Assembly (NCBI GenBank): GCA_964106645.2
Contig: OZ067052.1
DNA length: 64,000 bases
Origin: Podarcis pityusensis
Taxonomy: Eukaryota
Reading direction: 5' to 3' (one strand)
The position numbers and the translations under genes are program-made. Below the pieces are notes generated by a model. It was not told the origin of the DNA. It was given only the letters and a program-made list of their open reading frames with translations, and did not search any database. Below are positions 24,615-36,604 of the stretch, piece after piece (the first letter of the stretch is position 1; every line of letters starts with the position of its first letter).

Positions 24615-24960
24615 GATCATTGAATCCTATAGTTCTAAGGGGCTTCAAATGTCATCCAGACCACTGCTGCGGCATCCCTGATAGGTAGCCATCCAGGCTC
24701 TGCTTAAAAACCTCCAGTGACAGAGAGCCCACCACTTTCCAGTGCAGTCTGTTCCACTGACAGCCACCTTGTGCCATCAGGAAGTTATTTATAATGTGTT
24801 GTCTAAGTTCTTTCTTCCCTTGTTAGTTGAACCCGTTGCTTAGGGTCTTACTGCCTGGAGCCACGAAAAGCAAATTTGCTCCATCACTTTTGTAACTCCT
24901 CTTCAAATATGTGAAGATGCCTATCGGACCACCTCTTAATCATCTGTCCTCCAGACTAAA
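24615..24960 (-). mobile_element. CR1 LINE 3' fragment (older subfamily)
   Basis: catccctgataggtagccatcc...ctctgcttaaaaacctccagtga...ctgttccactg...aggaagtt...ttcaaatat...ctccagactaaa. Confidence 0.75.
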
Positions 24961-25328
24961 TGGGAACAGGAGGGCAGTTCTTTCCAGGCACTTTTTCCAT
25001 AGTGCTTGAGACTCCAGTGTCCAGACAAAAGCAGTACAGTTTTGGCACTCTCTGAGAACAGAGTGTCTTTTCCTTTTGGGTTCTTATGCTGAGTTCCCCT
25101 TTTATTGAATGTCTTTGCTGGTTTCCCATTCTTTGTTTCTGCCCAGTGCTCTTTTGATTAATTAGTTATTTGGCCAATAGTTTTGCATACTATGTTTCAA
25201 TTGCTGTTTCGGATTGTTGCTTGGCAACCTTGCTTGGCTACGACATTTTCCGTGTATGTGCAACAACGGGTGCACAAATATCATACAGAGAGTTTGTGTC
25301 TTAATTAATACACATATAAACTAAAGTA

Positions 25329-25543
25329 CAGTGGTACCTCAGGTTCAGAATTTAATTCGTTCTGGAGGTCTATTCTTAACCTGAAACTGTTTTTAACCTG
25401 AGGTACCACTTTAGCTAATGGGGCCTCCCGCCGCCGCCACACAATTTCTGTTCTCATCCTGAAGCAAAGTTCTTAACCTGAGGTACTATTTCTGGGTTAG
25501 CGGAGTCTGTAACCTGAAGTGTCTGTAACATGAGGTACCACTG
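25329..25543. mobile_element. Tc1/mariner (pogo/Tigger-like) MITE, copy 2
   Basis: TIRs cagtggtacctcaggtt and aacatgaggtaccactg. TA TSD at 25327-25328 and 25544-25545. Confidence 0.9.
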
Positions 25544-25639
25544 TAGGATGCTTTTCTTAAGAAGCGTGGGTCTGATCGCATTCTGTTCCAAATCAGTTTC
25601 ACTGAAATGCAATTTAGGCCACCAAAGGAGAGGAGGAGA

Positions 25640-25920
25640 ACAGAACAGAAGAAGGCTGCTGCATCAGGACAATGACCCCTCTAGTCCAGCATCCTGTTCT
25701 CAGAGTGGTCAACCAGATAGTCCAATGGGAAATCTGCAGGCAGGGCCCAAGCACAAGAGCCCACTCCCCTCCTGTGGTTTCCAGCAACTGGTATTCAGAA
25801 GCCACGCTGCCTCCAACTGAGGAGGCAGAGCAAAGCCATCACAGCTAGTAGCCATTCATCCTTCCATGAATTTGTCTCATCCTCTTTTAAAGCTATCTAG
25901 AGGCCATCACTGACTCCTGT
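25640..25920 (-). mobile_element. CR1 LINE 3' UTR fragment
   Basis: Aligns by eye to 13980-14260. Further family copies at about 31436-31640 (-), 51612-51735 (-), 55155-55410 (-) and 63220-63440 (+). Confidence 0.8.
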
Positions 25921-26015
25921 TGCCAATGTCTATAGACATTGGTTTTGTCTGGAAGAGACTGGAAGTCCCCTTGTGGATGTGGATGGTCCAACTACATCAT
26001 AAAGTCACTGGCACC

Positions 26016-26117
26016 TAGGGATGGAGGGATGGTACAACTTTGGTATCTGCTAGTTTCTCAATTATCCAATCTTTAATTGAATTTGTCAAAATTCTGCATC
26101 AATTTGCAATGGTCTTT

Positions 26118-26148
<31 letters not shown>

Positions 26149-26428
26149 AATTCTCATGAAAACCCATCAGCATTTTACTGCATATTTTCTGCAATATGCA
26201 TATTTTTAATGTGCTTTTGCCTAATATACCCAAATTTGCAAACAAATTGACCCAATATAATGCATTTTTAATATTACTTTCACTAATGTGCTCATGCAAC
26301 TGGACACTACTGGAGATTTGAACCACAACATTCAGAGAAATGCAAATTTTGAAGGATAGCTGTGTTTTGGTTCTCGTATTGTTTTAGAAAGTGTAGATTT
26401 AGTAGGTTCACACTAAAACCCATCCTTA
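26016..26428. mobile_element. Old AT-rich non-autonomous DNA transposon (TAGGGATG termini)
   Basis: Ends tagggatgg and ccatcctta, flanks ctggcacc and ctgaaaac (5/8). Related degenerate copies at about 33746-34160, 56530-56915, 59880-60215 and 63460-63533. Confidence 0.55.
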
Positions 26429-26773
26429 CTGAAAACATAACAGCTTCATAATTTTTTTGAGCCTGGGCATGGCCAGAAAATTGCATACAACCTTTAGAGA
26501 AAGTTGAAATAACAAATAATAACAATATCTGTTACATGTTTTGGAAAGAATTATGGGTGAAAACCTGAGCCAAAAAAAAGTTATTGCACCTCAGCTGAAA
26601 TTTTGTGAAGCCTCCAGGGTGCAGTTAAATTGTTTTGAGAGCCAGATCAGGTTCACAGATTGGTGGTGATCATCCTTAACCTAGTTGTACAGAGATCCGC
26701 AAAGAATGGTCTATTTGTAAGAGCTTTCAGAAACTGAGACTTGACTTTCATATCTTCTTGTTTGTCATTGCAG

Positions 26774-26899
26774 TACCTCCCAAAATTGTTGAGATCTCTT
26801 CGGACATCTCCATCAATGAAGGTGGCAATGTCAGTCTCACCTGCATAGCTATGGGCAGGCCGGACCCTACAATCACTTGGAGACATATCTCACCCAAAG
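26774..26899 (+). CDS. NTM: Internal coding exon of neurotrimin (IgLON family), N-terminal half of Ig domain 2
   Basis: Polypyrimidine tract plus tgcAG acceptor ending at 26773, candidate branch point CTTGAC at 26740-26745, and donor AAG|GTAAGA at 26900. The exon is 126 bp, phase 1-1, and translates (V)[41 protein letters not shown]. This closely matches recalled NTM/CEPU-1 Ig2 ([38 protein letters not shown]) and fits better than OPCML, LSAMP or NEGR1. No other NTM exon was recognised in the window. Confidence 0.95.
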
Positions 26900-29800
26900 G
26901 TAAGATACTCTAAGAAGATGTATCTCCCTGTTATAGATGATGGGACTTCCCCTTGTCAGACATGTCATACTTTGGTGGGGATCTTAGATCTGGCACTGCA
27001 CGTGGTGCTCTGCATTTGATGCTGATATGATGATGATGATGATGATGATGACGACTGAGAACAAACTGCAAACAGTCACTCTGACCTGGAAATGCCTACT
27101 GTCCACATGGATGAAGGTTGCCTAGGGCACACACTGTGCAAAGGCTTTATGTGTCTGATTCAAATACGTGGAAGGAACAGCATCCATTTTCTTATGGTAT
27201 ATCATGCGGTTGAATGCTGCTCCACGAAAAAGGGATTTCTGCCTATGAAAAGTTAAAATGTTGGGGATTTTAGCCTAGCCTTCTCTCTGATCCACCCACT
27301 TTCCAGACACAAGGGGTTTGCTTGTTTGTTTGTTTTAACTTGAGGAATATTGATGCATGCATTCACTCAACTTCCAGTCTGAGGTGGTACAGTGTGAGAA
27401 TGGCTGTGTCATCTCCTATTGCTGCTTGTTTGAATCAGTTCTGAGTCCAGGAAGGAGGAATTAAAAACACTCTTACACAAGTCATTCTAGCTCTCATGTT
27501 GCTCTGCCTGGTTACAGGGATGTATTGTATAGCTCCACCCCGGCATCTCTATGTGCAGTGTAAACATCAGTAGTGAAGGAGTGGGGGCAGCGCAGCCCAT
27601 TTCACCGCTTGATGCAAAACAGGAAGTGCCGCCATGTCCTACCACTGCCACCATCCCTGCTGCTGCTGCCACCTCATCCTCCACTGCCTGCTCTGTGGCT
27701 GCGTGCTCCACCAGAGAAGCCACACCACCATTGGTGCTCATTTTGGGTAAGATCATACTGATTTGGGAGGAGATCTTGAATCTCACTTGACTTCAGGCAA
27801 GATCTCACCCATAATGGACACAATCTTGCCTCTTCTCCTCTATTAGCAGAGGTTGTGGGGCAGGAGGGCACCCTCAAGGGTGCTGCCTCAAAGGCTTCTG
27901 CTGTCTGAGGCCGTGGCTGTTTAGTAATTTAATTTACTGAAATTGTAAGTGCTTATATGCACTTACAGGTAAAAGTGAAAATCCCTTATAGGAGCTGCAA
28001 GGCATGGCCTAATTGAGATACAGAAGGCTGAGTGCTGAGCTCTGGAAAGAGAGGAAAATACAATTGTTTGGGAGTTAGAAGAAAAGCCTGTAAACCTATG
28101 TTTGGATGAGCATGTGACTGTAGATAATTGTGTTTTAATTCATCTATAACTGTAAGTTTCTGCAAGTAAAGCTTTTGAATGTTAAAGTCTGGACACTGGT
28201 TTAACTTCCAAAAAGGCTGTCAGTCATATATATGATTTAAGCTTCTTAGTTGTGTTTTCTCTATTCTTAATTCAGCAGTGGCATCACCCTAACTAATGGC
28301 TGGGCCAGTTCTGTGACATGCAGTGGGACATGCAAATATATCAATGTAACATGGAACTATGTGTGGTCATGGTTCTGGGTTGTATTGATGCTGAGGGTTC
28401 CCTTGCTGTAGATGTGTCTATGCAGACACCTGGCAGGGCTGCTTGGCTTGCCCCAACTCCCATGTACACAAACAAGGGAGGGATAAAGACCAAAGAAAGC
28501 TGTGTTGGGTCAAAGTCTGAGCAACATAACCCACAAGCATAGATTTCAACACAATTGCCACCAATCTTTGCCTAAACTCCAATTTCAGCGTGAATCTGGA
28601 GGCTCTTGCTTAGAGGAGGCATCATCATGGATTCCAGATGGAGCCAAATACTGCAGCTTGGCCATTTAGGATAAATGGAGCCCTGCACCCCACCCAACTT
28701 TAATCACCCCCACCTGCCTGCATTCCTACGTACAAGTCCTGGATGTGCTGCTGCCTGCCAACTTCCTCTTCCTCAATCTTGTTGTTATGAAATTCAGCAG
28801 GATGGGAACAGATTTAGAATTAGCTGGCTGTGCCTGCCGTTGCCTCTGATGCCACCTGCTGCCAGGTTCCCTGTCTTCCACCCTACCAATTCCAGCAGGC
28901 ACCAGCCACCACCGAAGCCCAAAGAGTTTTGATTAGACTGTTGCAATTTTACAGGATGCTTACTACCCATCTTATTGTTGTGTCAACCCATCTAACTCCA
29001 ATCAGGCCCTCTGCCTGTTTCCTGTTACCTCTGCCACCCTCATCAACAGTTCAAGGCCCCGTCTGCCACCCACGGGGTTTCGCTCCAGCTGGCCTGTGAT
29101 GCTGTCAGGTGTTGCTTCTGCTGCTGCTCACTTTTCTGCAAGGATGTTTTATTTCTCTGCTGTCAACCAGCCAGTTCCTTTTTCCCCCAAGGGAGCTTTA
29201 CCTGAGTTTGAACCAGATGTCTCCATTTTACTTAGGATTTAGCTGCTATGGAAACAGCCGAAGCATCAAGGGGAGAGGAGCAAGCTAATCAGAAATTACC
29301 TGCAGGGTTAGGTAATTTACTGGAGCAGCTTTCGCCAGATTTCATGTCCAGATTACATGCTCTGCATTAGCAGCCTGGTCACCCTCAAAGATCGGTCGAC
29401 ACAGGTTTCTCTTTTCCCACTCAGCCTGCTGGATCCAGAGGTGGCATCCGGGAGAATGGCAAAATGTTTCCTTCCTTTGCAATGCATTTGCCGAGCAATT
29501 CAATGTAATTGTCATCAGAGTCCTGCAAAACCTACGTTCCCCAGGAGACAAACTGCCTCCTCCAGCAAATTCCATCTGAACCAGTAGAGACGGAACTGCA
29601 GGACCCAAATAAATTGCCCACCATCCCATCATCACCATAGTGGCCAATCCCATATTCAGGCACCACTTAGTTCCTGGGATGTGAACTGCTGTATGCAGAA
29701 AGATTATTTTAAAGGTTGGCTTCCCAGAGATGTGCCCAACTGCAACCCTGCCCACCACACACCTGCCTTCTCACATGCAGGCCGTTGCAGGAACAGTAAG

Positions 29801-32799
29801 GACCTTTGATTTTTCACTGTGCGATTCCAAACCATGGCTTTGCATTTCATGCATGCTATTTTCTATGAGGGCAAACTGCACTCCCTTTGGCAAGAGGGAT
29901 CTGTTCCCTGCCCCCAGCAGTTTGCTAAGTGGGGAAGAGGAGAGAAAGAGAAAGAGAAAGTGAGAGATAGGCGGCAAGCATCAACGTTTGCTCTAGCCCC
30001 ACCTAACAATGAGTTCAGACCCGCTTACTGTGGTCATGCAGCCTCTGACAGACTACCCTACAATGGAATTCAGCTCTTGAAAAAAGTTACCAACACTTGG
30101 GCAAAACGTAGCGCAATTGATTTCTGAATCCTTGTTGACCGTGTACTATCTGCATGTGTTTCAGACCTCATCTGCCCTGAAAAGGATGAGGCACAATGTA
30201 AACAAAATGATAATCTTATTTAAAGACATCTGATTAGGGTTAAAGCTTAATGGTTATTCCAACTAGCCGCAATACTATGTTTCAGGCAGAAACCCTTTAT
30301 AGAAAGAATTAAGAACGTTACTTAGAACTTCGACTTTAAGCTTGTTTCTAATTAAACTGATTGGTCGTAGGGTTTCTCCTCACTTCCACTTCTCCCACAC
30401 TTCCTAGGCACAGGTCCAAGTAGCTTTGTCCTTGCCTAGCCAGTTTTCCTGGGAAGACCTGCTCTTTCGCAATAAATCAGAGCAAATATCAGTCTAGAGG
30501 AAACCCAATTTATATTTGTTCCAATATAAAGTGGTAAAGATTGGGTTACCTTGGGGGAGAGCAGTGGGGCAAGGTTGAGCCCCTAGAATGGCTGTTTCTC
30601 CTCGGGGGCATGTGGCCAGTGGACTAGGGGGACTAGGCTAGTTCCCTAAATGTTCCCGATAAATTAGATTACTAAAGTATTGAAGCCTGGTGCCTCCTTC
30701 CCAAAGCCCAGGAAGCTTCTGCCCAGTTTAGGGAGGCAGGCACAATGCTCTGACAGGGTCCAAGAGCCCTCCCACCACCTTCCCAAAGCCCACACTGCTT
30801 AGGAAAGGAGGCAGGGGATCTCCAGCATCCTGTCAGAGGCCTGGGTGGAATCTACACACATTTTAAAAAATGCTGTGAAAATGCTTTTTTAAAAAAACGT
30901 TTTGAAAAATACATTGAATTTTGCATAGCTCACTTTCGTCATCTAGTGTCACGTTTGTATATTGCACTTCACAACACATTTGAAACGTTTTACTTGCAGC
31001 TGTATAGCTGAGTCTCTGGCAGCTCCTTCCCAAAGTCCAGAATGCTTCTGCCCAGCTTAAGAGGAAGGTGTGATACTCACGCATGCAGCATCCCCCATCA
31101 CTCTTGCGAGCTGGCGCCTCTGGCCCTAACTGTTCCCTTATGGAAAAAATTCACCACACGCCACTGTTCCTCCTACTAAACCATTAAAACACTTCCAGCC
31201 CCCTTTTAGGCTCTCTTCCTTCTCCCCAGAGAAATATCTGAGATGCTCTGCCTAGCAAACCCATAAACACCCAGCTAATCCCTAGCCAATTCTCCATACT
31301 TAGCTTCTAATGGAGAAAACGTTTAGGTGCCTTTATCTTTTCTGTTTATGAGATGAAAAGCAGATCAGGGGAGGGCTATTGGGAGTGCCAAAACATACAG
31401 GAGGGGGAGAAAAATATATACCCACCCCCACAACATTGCCATGCTTCTCTCATTTCTCCACTGGAACTGATAGGTCCGTGGTTTGTTGGATTGTTCTGAT
31501 CTTTTTAAAAAGCCACTTAAGCTAATGGCCATGGCAGCATTCTGTTGCAATCACATTTCTAGGTTAATTTCACATTATACAAAGAAGTGCATCCTTTGTC
31601 TGTCCTGTGCCTGCTGTTGATCGTTTTCATTGAAGGGCTCCCAACCTCTCATATTTCAAGAAGGGAAGAGAGTGGGAGAAGAAACCACCAAACCCATAAC
31701 AAATGCTTATGAAGAAGCATAGGCATGGGTGGATTCCTTGGGTTCTGTCTGTCTCCCTGTCCTTTGTATGCTCCTCTTGCGGCAGGAGTTATTTTCTGTC
31801 CAGCTCCTGGCACACAGTTGATAGTCCCCAAATGTAAAGTTGCAGCCACAGGATTAGTTTTCAGTGCAGTTGTGACTCAGTCAAGAAGCAAGTTTTTGAC
31901 TCATTGATACTGCAGACCCAAATGCTCCAGCTGACAGAATGTGTGTCCCCAGAGCTGGCAGATGCTGTGGCATTAAATGCTACGAAGCATGGAGGGTACC
32001 GGGATGGGCTGTGCTAGCACCTGGTGGGGACAGGTTCAGCCCAGCAGCTGAGAGCCCGGCATGTATTTTTGGAGTCCTGTGTAGGGCTGAGATGATTCTA
32101 ATGGCAGGTAAGAGACCCATCAGCTGTAGTGCCAGCTGAGTGGGCAGAAGGAGAGTGGCATGCCGAAGGCCAGGAATTAGAACAGTGTGTGGGAAGCAGT
32201 CACACAATTTCTCTGCACAGTGTACTGACCCTCTCTCCTCTCTTCTTGCACACACATGCACAGGTTGTGCCAGTCCCAGTGAGCAACACTTGCTCAGAGC
32301 AGTTTCAAAGCTGCTATATAATTAATTGGTTTCAGCCACAGACCTTTCAAGTCTACTAATGACAAAGGAGGTCTGAAGAGTTTGCCACACTGTAAAGGAG
32401 GGGTATACAGAGTTGCTAGCCTGAACTCTGTTTCTCCAGCTTCCGTGGTTTCCAAGCCAAACCAACCTCGAACTGGATGTTTGTGTGGCTGGAACACTCC
32501 AGAGCATCTGAGCCTGAGGCAAAATTTGGGAGCTCCAGTCTGCTGCTGTGTCCATGTTGTTGACTTATCCTTTGGATTTGCCGCTTTAGGCCTCCTTAAT
32601 GCAAACTGTGTAAACATGGTTTGCCTTGTGAAATAGGACAGTGGGAGGCATAAATATTACAAGGGAGGAAGGAAGCAAAGAAGAAAGGAAGGAAGGACTT
32701 TGGCAAAATAGGGGCTTATGCATGGAATGCATTAGGATGCCTGCTTTATTTGAGTTGCATGATTTGTGATGTGCAAAGCATGGCCTATCCAAACCTTAC

Positions 32800-33130
32800 A
32801 TCCATCACTTGAGGTCCTTCTCTGTGAGCCCCTCCAAGGGAAGACAGGAGGGTGACAGCATGAGAGAAGGCCCTTTTTGGCTGAGGTCCCTGGCTGTGGA
32901 AAGTTCTCCCCAGCGAGGCCTGCCTGGAGCTGACCCTAACCTTTTTTTTAAGCGCTAGATTAAGACCTCCCTCTTTCCCCAGGCATTGGTTGTGTTGTGA
33001 TGGATTATTGTGACTGTATGTTGCTTGTGTTGTTGTGATGTGATTCTTGAGGTTGATGTTCTGCTAGCATATTGATTCTTGCTATGTTTTTATCTTTTAC
33101 CTTTATTCTGATTGTAAATAGCCTGGAAAC
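32800..33130 (+). mobile_element. L2-type LINE 3' fragment
   Basis: gagagaaggccctttttggctgaggtccctggctgtggaaagttctcccc (RAF....P.LW..LP-like) followed by a T-rich 3' UTR. Confidence 0.55.
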
Positions 33131-34480
33131 TATTCTAGTCTATTCTTATTTTTTTTAAAAGAATGATTCTTCCTCCTCCTTCTATTAATACTACTACTAC
33201 TAATACCACTACTAATGTCCCGTAAAGATGTTGTTTTTGCCCTGGCTCCTCTGTTTTAGCAGCTAAGTTGCTCAAGTACATTCTGAGCTGTTTGTGGAAT
33301 ACTTCTTCACCACCTCCTTATTACCAGACTACCAGCCCTTATGCATGGGTGTGAGTGTTCAGGAAGTGTGAGAGAGTCATAGAGGGAGGGGACCTCACCA
33401 ACTGTTGATAAAGTGCTACGACTTAAGCCTGCTTGGGGTCCACCAGGTGTGCATGTTATCAGTCACTGGACTATCTTAAGGAAAGTTTTTACCTTTTTTT
33501 TTTTTTTTTGGCATATTTCATCCTCTCTGACCCTGCAATATCGACTGTAGTTACAGGAATAAGGTCACTAGAGTCTGGTTAAGGAAATCCAGATACAAGC
33601 AATCGCTTGTTTCCATGGTTACTGCTTTCCCTTTCATTGGAATCTTCTGTGTTGTCAAGGTGATGGTGTTGTTGGCAAGTGTATGTCCATTGACCTTGTG
33701 TAGGCCTCTTGGTTAAAATGTCCCCGTGAGCTGTTTGCAGCGACATAGGGAAGAGGAAGAAATCTGGTTCAGAATTTTAATGCATGCCTACCTAAATCTG
33801 CACATTTTGCAACAATATGTGAACTGAAATGAAGATATCCTTCAAATTCCAGATTTCTCTGAATGTGGTACTTGCATTTATCGTTTTTGTACCTAATGCT
33901 TGCAAAGAGAAAAAGATGCATATAAATGCATGCATTTATGATAAGAAAGAACATTTAAAATTCATCATATTGGGAGTCATTCTCTGCAAAAATGTGTACA
34001 TTAGACTAAATCACATCCAGAATCCTGTGTATTAAGAGAAATTTGCACTAAAATGCTGGCAAATTTTCATGAGAAACTTTTTGTTTTTTTAATGCAAACT
34101 GTTGCAGAAATGTGGAGAACTGGACTTGAGGCTGGAAAAATGAGAAAACAAAAGAAGCCAAAATTGACAAAATTCTCTTATCTTTCTGAGAATCAAGCAG
34201 TTGTCTGGGTGTGTTACTTTGAGGAAGCAAAAGGCTGCCCTGAATAAATAGTAGCCACCTGTTCCTTAACAGAGCCATACCCCAAAATATCTAACAATGC
34301 AATTGTGCACCCTCACTCCTGTACGCACTAAAAGCCACCATCTTTAGGTCTAGAATTCCCTTCCTACTTAGCCTCATCTCAGAACCAGAATTGCCTCTAC
34401 AAACATAATTATAGGTGGAAGGGATCACGGTGCTAAGATTTCCCAAGCTGTTTGTGTGAGGTGCCACATAAGAAGAGCTA

Positions 34481-34714
34481 CTGTCTTTTTCGCTCTATAA
34501 GATGCACCAGACCATAAGACGCATCTAGTTCTTGGAGGAGGAAAACAAGAAAAAAAATATTCTGAATCTCAGAAGCCAGAACAGCAAGAGGGATCCCTCT
34601 TGCTGTTCTGGCTTCTGGGATAGCTGTGCAGCCTGCATTCGCTCCATAAGACGCACACACATTTCCCCTTACTTTTTAGGAGGGAAAAGTGAGTCATAGA
34701 GCAAAAAAATATGG
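34481..34714. mobile_element. Tc1/mariner-type MITE
   Basis: TIRs ctgtctttttcgctctata and tagagcaaaaaaatatgg, TA flanks, repeated cataagacgca motifs, and an internal hairpin cagaagccagaacagcaagag/ctcttgctgttctggcttctg. Confidence 0.8.
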
Positions 34715-35029
34715 TATTTCTGGATCGGACCAAATGTCTGCCCATTACTGCACATGCATAAATATATTAGTGGTAGGTAGAAATGGAGACTCAGAATACC
34801 TCCCCTCTTCCCAACCCTGGTTCCATTAGATAAACAGAGTCCAGTTTGTTGGAGTCTTTAAAGTGCAGTTTTTGGAACAGGCTGGTTTTGCAGGAAACTC
34901 CATTTCTAAATGTGGAAAATCTTGACAGTCAGCAGTTTTCCTGCTCCCTGTCACATGAAGTACATCCAGTGATTCTGTTCTGCATGACGAGCTCCGTTGA
35001 GACAGTCATGGAAATAGACAGCAAAAGAT

Positions 35030-35345
35030 TGGAGGGAATTGTCTGCAGATGGATCCGATTATTGATGGGCAGGATAATACAGAGAGGTTTTCATTTCATT
35101 TTTGGTTAAAGCAATAGAGAGGTACTGAATGTGAGGAGCCGCAATATACTGGAAGGGGGAAAAAGAGGAAAGCTGCATAATTGCCTAATCTGAAGAAGAA
35201 CATTCCCGGAGTATTAATAACTTACAGTTTTATTACTCTTGTCAGGTCTGTGCCCATTTTATATATGCCACATTTAAATAGAGCAGAATTTGCTTTTGGG
35301 GGGAATTTCAAAATCTAGGTGTCAGACATTAGCCGTGAAAAAAAT
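35030..35345. promoter_or_regulatory. Candidate non-coding regulatory block
   Basis: Repeat-free. Contains a CAGATG E-box, TATTGAT and several TAAT cores. Motif-level evidence only. Confidence 0.3.
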
Positions 35346-35479
35346 GGGGTTTCAGTGCTCATTCTGGTTTAGAAGTTTCTCTCTCACACAAAAATATATG
35401 CAAGAGTAAATAATTCACACAAACATATGAGACCTGTGAGATCACCTTAGCCCATATATATTCATTTGACTGCTTTAAT

Positions 35480-35875
35480 CTCAGGAACTGGCATTGTTTC
35501 AGGTGCCACATTCTGCCCATTCTGCCTTTGTAAGGAATCAACCTTTTAGTGCGGCGGCACCCAAACTTTGGAACTCCCTGCCTATTGAAATTAGGCGGGC
35601 ACCTTTGTATGTTTTTAATTGGTGCCTGCTAAAAGCATTTTTGTTTATGCAAGCCTATCCAGACACGCAAAATGTTGGCATGTGTTTTATTCTGCTTTTT
35701 TAAATCAATGATTTTATTCATTTTTGTAGGTTTCCAATTGTGTTTTTTTTAAACTGGTTTATTTATTTATTTTCAGAGATAATGCCATTGCTTTAATCTG
35801 TAAACCGCTTTGAGGTTTGCATGTTTGTTTTGCAGTCAAGCGGTATATACATTTTACAGAATAGAAAAATAAATG
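35480..35875 (+). mobile_element. L2 LINE 3' fragment
   Basis: ORF 35494-35703 (PFSAAAPKLWNSLPIEIRRAP...LKAFLF) followed by the L2 3' end tgtaaaccgctttgag...aagcggtatat...aataaa. Confidence 0.85.
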
Positions 35876-36448
35876 TGGCTGTTAACTTTATTAGTATACC
35901 TCTCCTATCTTTGCTACATGTTGCGAGGAAAAAAATGCTAGGGCCATGAAGCTCCTCCCTCCTCTTCTCACACGGAATTCCACTGCTCCCACCCAGCCCA
36001 CCACATCTGAGCAAGAACCTTCAAATTTCAATTTAGGTGAAACTTTGGGGCTGCTATACATTTGCTATCCCTCCCACATTCATTCTTCATTGTGTGTGTC
36101 TGTTTTCAATTTCATCCCACCTAGCTTCTGTGGTGCCCTTTTAATCTAGGTGACATGGTGTTCCTGTCTCTTTGAGGAGATCACCATAAATGTTGTCTCA
36201 TTCCCCATTCTGTGGTGCGTGTGGCCCATATGCCAAGATGTTCCATTGCATTCTGGGTGGGAAGGATGGGCCTTGGCCCCATGGAAGCCAGCCAATGACA
36301 GAGAGACTTGGCTCCATTGCTCAGCAGATGAGAACTTCACCTTCCTTTGAAGAGCCAATCCACCATCTTGGAATCCAGCTAAATTAACTGAAGCATTTCA
36401 ACGGGCTCTAATCCTGTCGGCAGCTGAACTGTCTCCTTGTTTACTGTT

Positions 36449-36604
36449 NNNNNNNNNNNNNNNNNNNNNNNNNNNNNNNNNNNNNNNNNNNNNNNNNNNN
36501 NNNNNNNNNNNNNNNNNNNNNNNNNNNNNNNNNNNNNNNNNNNNNNNNNNNNNNNNNNNNNNNNNNNNNNNNNNNNNNNNNNNNNNNNNNNNNNNNNNNN
36601 NNNN
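36449..36604. other. Assembly gap
   Basis: 156 consecutive N. Confidence 1.

Noticed and set aside
26653-26886. 77-aa minus-strand ORF
   Set aside because: It is the antisense shadow of the real NTM exon.
27551-27790. Ala/Thr/Ser-rich ORF with a GGTAAG donor-like site downstream of the NTM exon
   Set aside because: No similarity to IgLON sequence and no convincing acceptor. It looks like GC-rich repeat-derived low complexity.
27944-27967. Perfect 9-bp hairpin tgtaagtgc/gcacttaca
   Set aside because: A short isolated palindrome with no supporting context, plausible by chance or as a repeat remnant.
30150-30560. Possible additional LTR (CCAAT-like and AATAAA motifs)
   Set aside because: I could not find matching TG...CA ends with a TSD.
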